Shown here in pieces: positions 24,142 to 27,701 of a stretch of 27,701 nucleotides of DNA; position 1 is the stretch's first letter; each line of letters opens with the position of its first letter. A model generated the notes under the pieces. The model saw only the letters and a list, made by a program, of their open reading frames with translations, searched no databases and was not told where the DNA came from. Location: positions 114,691 through 142,391 of the forward strand of contig JBNGIO010006005.1 of NCBI GenBank assembly GCA_049999805.1, read 5' to 3'. The translations under genes were made by a program, and so were the position numbers. Origin of the DNA: Folioceros fuciformis (Eukaryota).

Positions 24142-24360
24142 GGCTGGAAAGAAACACGCACTGGATCAGAAAGAGCGGCTGGAAAGAAACACGCACTGCA
24201 CTAGAGCGACTCCAAAGCAATACGCACTGCAATACATAGGCTGGAAAGAAACACATTTTGCAACGGCCGGAAAGAAACGCACACTCCACCCGCCGGGAAG
24301 ATACCCGGGAACACTCCGGTGGCCGGGAAGAAATCCAGACGCCCATGGCCGGAAAGAAAG
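24142..24360. repeat. Cluster of about 7 copies of GGC(T/C)GG(A/G)AAGAAA(CACGCACT)
   Basis: Copies at 24142, 24177, 24239, 24265, ~24291, 24321 and 24347, with irregular spacing. Confidence 0.8.
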
Positions 24361-24581
24361 AGAGAGGGTGAAGGAGGCAGGTCGGCCCACGTGTTGACGC
24401 CTACACGGCCTGCCACGGATATTTGTGATGCTGTGACGACACTTGTCTCTCCGGCTCCATATCGTTTCTTCTCTATTGGCTCGAGGACAGCAAATTTGGT
24501 TCAACCGCACAGGCCAAGCGACGGCAACGGGCATCGGAATGGAATCTGGGCAGCTACAATGGCGAATCTGCCCCTGCCAGA

Positions 24582-24597
24582 ACACACACACACACAC
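24582..24597. repeat. (AC)8 microsatellite
   Basis: Read directly from the sequence. Confidence 0.9.
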
Positions 24598-25164
24598 CAG
24601 GCATGGAGAGATTTCTGGAACCCTTGTCTACGATCCAGGACACGCCATTATTGTGGCGCCACAGTTCGTAACAGTGCTGTCAGACAATTTGGTTCAACAC
24701 GACGCAGTCACTTGGACGAATTATGCCCGACTCCTTTCAGGTGAAAAGCGAAACCAGGAGCAACCGCCATTAACGCCCTTCTCGCAAACACTTCCCACAG
24801 ATAAAAAGTGAACTGTCAAACTTGTGACACAACAGATCTCTACATGACAACAGAACCCGTCCTCACACATTCGCGCACAGAAAAATTAGGTGGAGCTATC
24901 TCCTTCTACAACGTTTCCCGACGAAACTTGAGAAGGCCGGCACCCTTCCCAAAAGTTGCCCAAACTATCGCCTTGTGCCTACAAGACGACGGAGCTTCGT
25001 ATTCCGCCCAAGGAAGGAGGGCCACGTCGACAAGGGTCTCCTGTAGTTGGGCTCCTGGCGAGTTGAGGTTCCCACATATAAGGAAGGCATGCAAGACTGA
25101 CCACTTGAAACAGAAAAGTATCGTTCCAACACCCAAGTTGGTTAGCTTGCCTCGCCAGCTTCCC

Positions 25165-27344
25165 TCACCGGTAGTAGTACGGAGACATAGAACGTGACCT
25201 GGACCGTGAATACGAAGATCGCGAGCGGTGGCCAGTGCCCTCTCGTACTGGGCTGTGGTCGGGGGACAGAGATCGGTCCCTGTCCCTCCTGTAAACAGGA
25301 GGTGAGTGATCTCGGCTACCACCACCACGATAAGGAGAATAATCACGCCCACCCCGGTAGGCGGAATGATCCCGCCCACCACGGTAAGGCGAGTACCTTG
25401 GAGAGTAGTCCCGACCACCTCGATAGGGGGAGTATCTTGGAGACCGCCGTGAACTATCACGCATAGAGTCATAACCTCTCCGACGAAAGCCATCGTGTGA
25501 GGCGGCTGCCATGCAAATGGGCAACAGTGAGTTCCCAGAGACGACGAACTGTGAGTCATGAAGGATAAACAGCACACACTACACTTACAAACTTCCCTTG
25601 AACTTCTCACGCCCAGATACTTCCCGGGAGTTGGTGTGCGTGCTCTCTTCCGCTTAGCCTGTCAATGGCAAGACGCATGTATGTCAAGACACCGGCAGGG
25701 AGTGAAGGAGTGGGATCAGTGCCAAACAACACACGTACGCAGACAGGAGGATTTGTAAAAACAAGCCACTTCTACAGAGCAAGAAAGCGACCAGACAGCT
25801 TGTCCAATGCCAAGCCCCTCAAGTCCATGCTTTCTGAAGCAGCAACCTCTTTGGCAGCTGATGCAGTTAATTAGTTTGATGGCGCCTGACACATAAAACT
25901 CGGCTTGATCACTTTGCGCAAACAAAGCCGATGCCGAAAGTTGATGAAGGATATCTAAGGTTGTGCAGCAACAGTTCGAAAGGTTGCCTGTTCAAGGGTA
26001 CTGACAGCCGAAACGCCCACAGCCAATGCTACAAACATGCTCACCCCTCAAAGTACACCACTTTGACTACACAACATGCAACATTCATCTGCCAAAATTC
26101 AGCACCAAGACACTACACTAACCAAATCCCCTGCGTTTAGGGGCATCTGAGCTGTTCCACTGCAGAATACTTGGACTGTGGCATGGAGGTTCAATGCGGC
26201 TTTGTTGCGCAAGTTGAGGGTGCCACAGTCGGAGGTCAGACTGATTAAAGTTGGAAGCATAACCAAGCTGGGTAGGTTCGAGACTGCTCAAGCTGGTTAG
26301 GTTGGAACAGTTGATTAAGCTTGACTGCTCAAGCTGATTTAAGTGGACTGAATAGGTGCTGATGCTGAGACTAGACAGTTGCCTTGCTGCCAGCATAGTT
26401 GAGGCCATGATCTCTGAATAACGAGGACCAACAACATGAATGAGTACTATCAGCACGTGCTAAGCAAAAAGCTCGTCGGCAACCTTGGGACATTCTTCTA
26501 CACAGGTACTGAGCGGAAAACCCGACCGAAACGGCAGTCTCACAAACTACCTCACAACCAATTGCCACATTACCTTCTCAACCGTGATCACACGCCCTTC
26601 CAGGATGGACCGGTTCAAGTACTTAATAGACCGCTCCGCGTCCTCCAAAGTACCCATAGTCACAAAGCCAAAACCACGAGATTCCCTTGTCCGTGGGTCC
26701 ACAACCAAGCGGCATTCCACAACCTGCAACAACAAACAAGCAAACCCCTTAACACCTAAATAGGAGGAACGCCATCTCCACCAGTCGCCAGACACCAGGG
26801 ACATAACGCCGAGAGAACCCACACCTTTCCTTCTTGAGAGAAGTGCTCCTCCAAGTCTTTCTCTGACACACGAGTAGACAATCCAGTCACGTACAGATTG
26901 TTTCCGGGATTGATAGCCTCCCTTTGCTCGTCTCGTCCCCCTCCATATCCACCCCTGCCCGCAAAAGAGCGTCGCTAGTCAGAAGAGAGCCGAGAAACAG
27001 CTCGCAAACACATGTGCGATCAGCCTTTCATACCTGGCAGGACTCCGTGGAGACCTGGACCTCGAAGTGTATCGCTTCGGTGAAGGCGACGCGTACCTGC
27101 TCAGACAACCACCCGTTAACAGAAGGGCACAACACAAGGCCCTGAAAATTAAACCCAGAAAACTTCTTCCCTGCTTACCTTCGCTTAGGAGACTCAGCCT
27201 GCAGCACAAACAGCAGCCAAACTGTGAGCAAGCTGGACAAACCTCGCAAACCCTACAATCCAGAGAGACCGACCCCTACTGCAAATTACACCTCCACTGA
27301 CACGATCGCCAGGGCCTACAACAGGGGGCAAACGAGCTTACCAT
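25165..27344 (-). CDS. SR45a: SR45a / TRA2-like splicing factor (RS-RRM-RS)
   Basis: ATG|GTAAGC at 27344-27342, a 20-nt exon at 27198-27179, then an RS exon. The RRM reads 'NPGNNLYVTGLSTRVSEKDLEEHFSQEGK|VVECRLVVDPRTRESRGFGFVTM...LEGRVITVEK|AKRKRARTPTPGKYLG', followed by a YSPYRGG/RS-rich tail. The stop at 25165 overlaps a possible donor (CG|GTGAGG), so the 3' end could extend further. Confidence 0.9.
26123..26413 (-). other. Candidate PTC-containing (poison) cassette exon in the long SR45a intron
   Basis: Acceptor cctcgttattcag|AGA at 26413 and donor TTG|gttagt at 26123. In phase with TVEK it reads RSWPQLCWQQGNCLVSASAPIQST* (TAA at 26341-26339). Confidence 0.6.
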
Positions 27345-27701
27345 GGGAGCGCAACAACTGACTTCCCGTTAAATAAGTTCGCCAACGCGCTACGAGACCA
27401 CACCAATCTGTCAGCTCCTACGAGGATGAAAAAACCTCAGACTGCCCCGAGCAGCTCCGGTCCAGCTCAACGATGTCACGCAACGGCACACAGAAGGGGG
27501 CCCCGTAACCCTAGGCTAGAGTGATGACGAACTCCGCGATGCACCCAGGGGCGTATATCAGCAGTTCGCAGCCCTGTACTCGAGGAGAGACGCGTTGAGG
27601 CTGAACAGCTTCCAGAATACGTTAGGTCTTGGGACTTTGACTGTCTTACTTTCACGTCTGTAACTTGTCCTCCTCTCCTTCATTACAATACTGCATATAC
27701 A

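Noticed and set aside
23469..24811. Several 120-170 aa ORFs on both strands
   Set aside because: This is GC-rich promoter or intergenic sequence with mostly non-ATG starts and no consistent exon chain or motif.
27506..27515. Telo-box upstream of SR45a (taaccctagg)
   Set aside because: It is an imperfect match to AAACCCTA and a single copy.

Overview
This is gene-dense, intron-containing plant nuclear DNA, not prokaryotic. Introns of about 100 bp, moderate GC and the gene set suggest a non-seed plant, possibly a hornwort (inference only). From manual splicing the order is: decayed TE relics (1-3.4 kb), including a spliced transposase-like pseudogene with a palindromic 53-bp minisatellite in its intron; an uncharacterised conserved plant gene (-); an At4g22758/DUF7054-like gene with a long N-terminal extension (-); a 20-exon non-catalytic isoamylase ISA2 (-) head-to-head with an N-myristoylated BORCS5-like gene (+); RBX1 (-); a repeat island with a Helitron-like end and a 25-bp satellite; cytosolic alpha-glucan phosphorylase PHS2 (-); and SR45a (-) with a candidate conserved poison exon. 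There are two 100-N assembly gaps. No rRNA, tRNA or CRISPR array was seen. All family calls come from motif recognition, not database searches.
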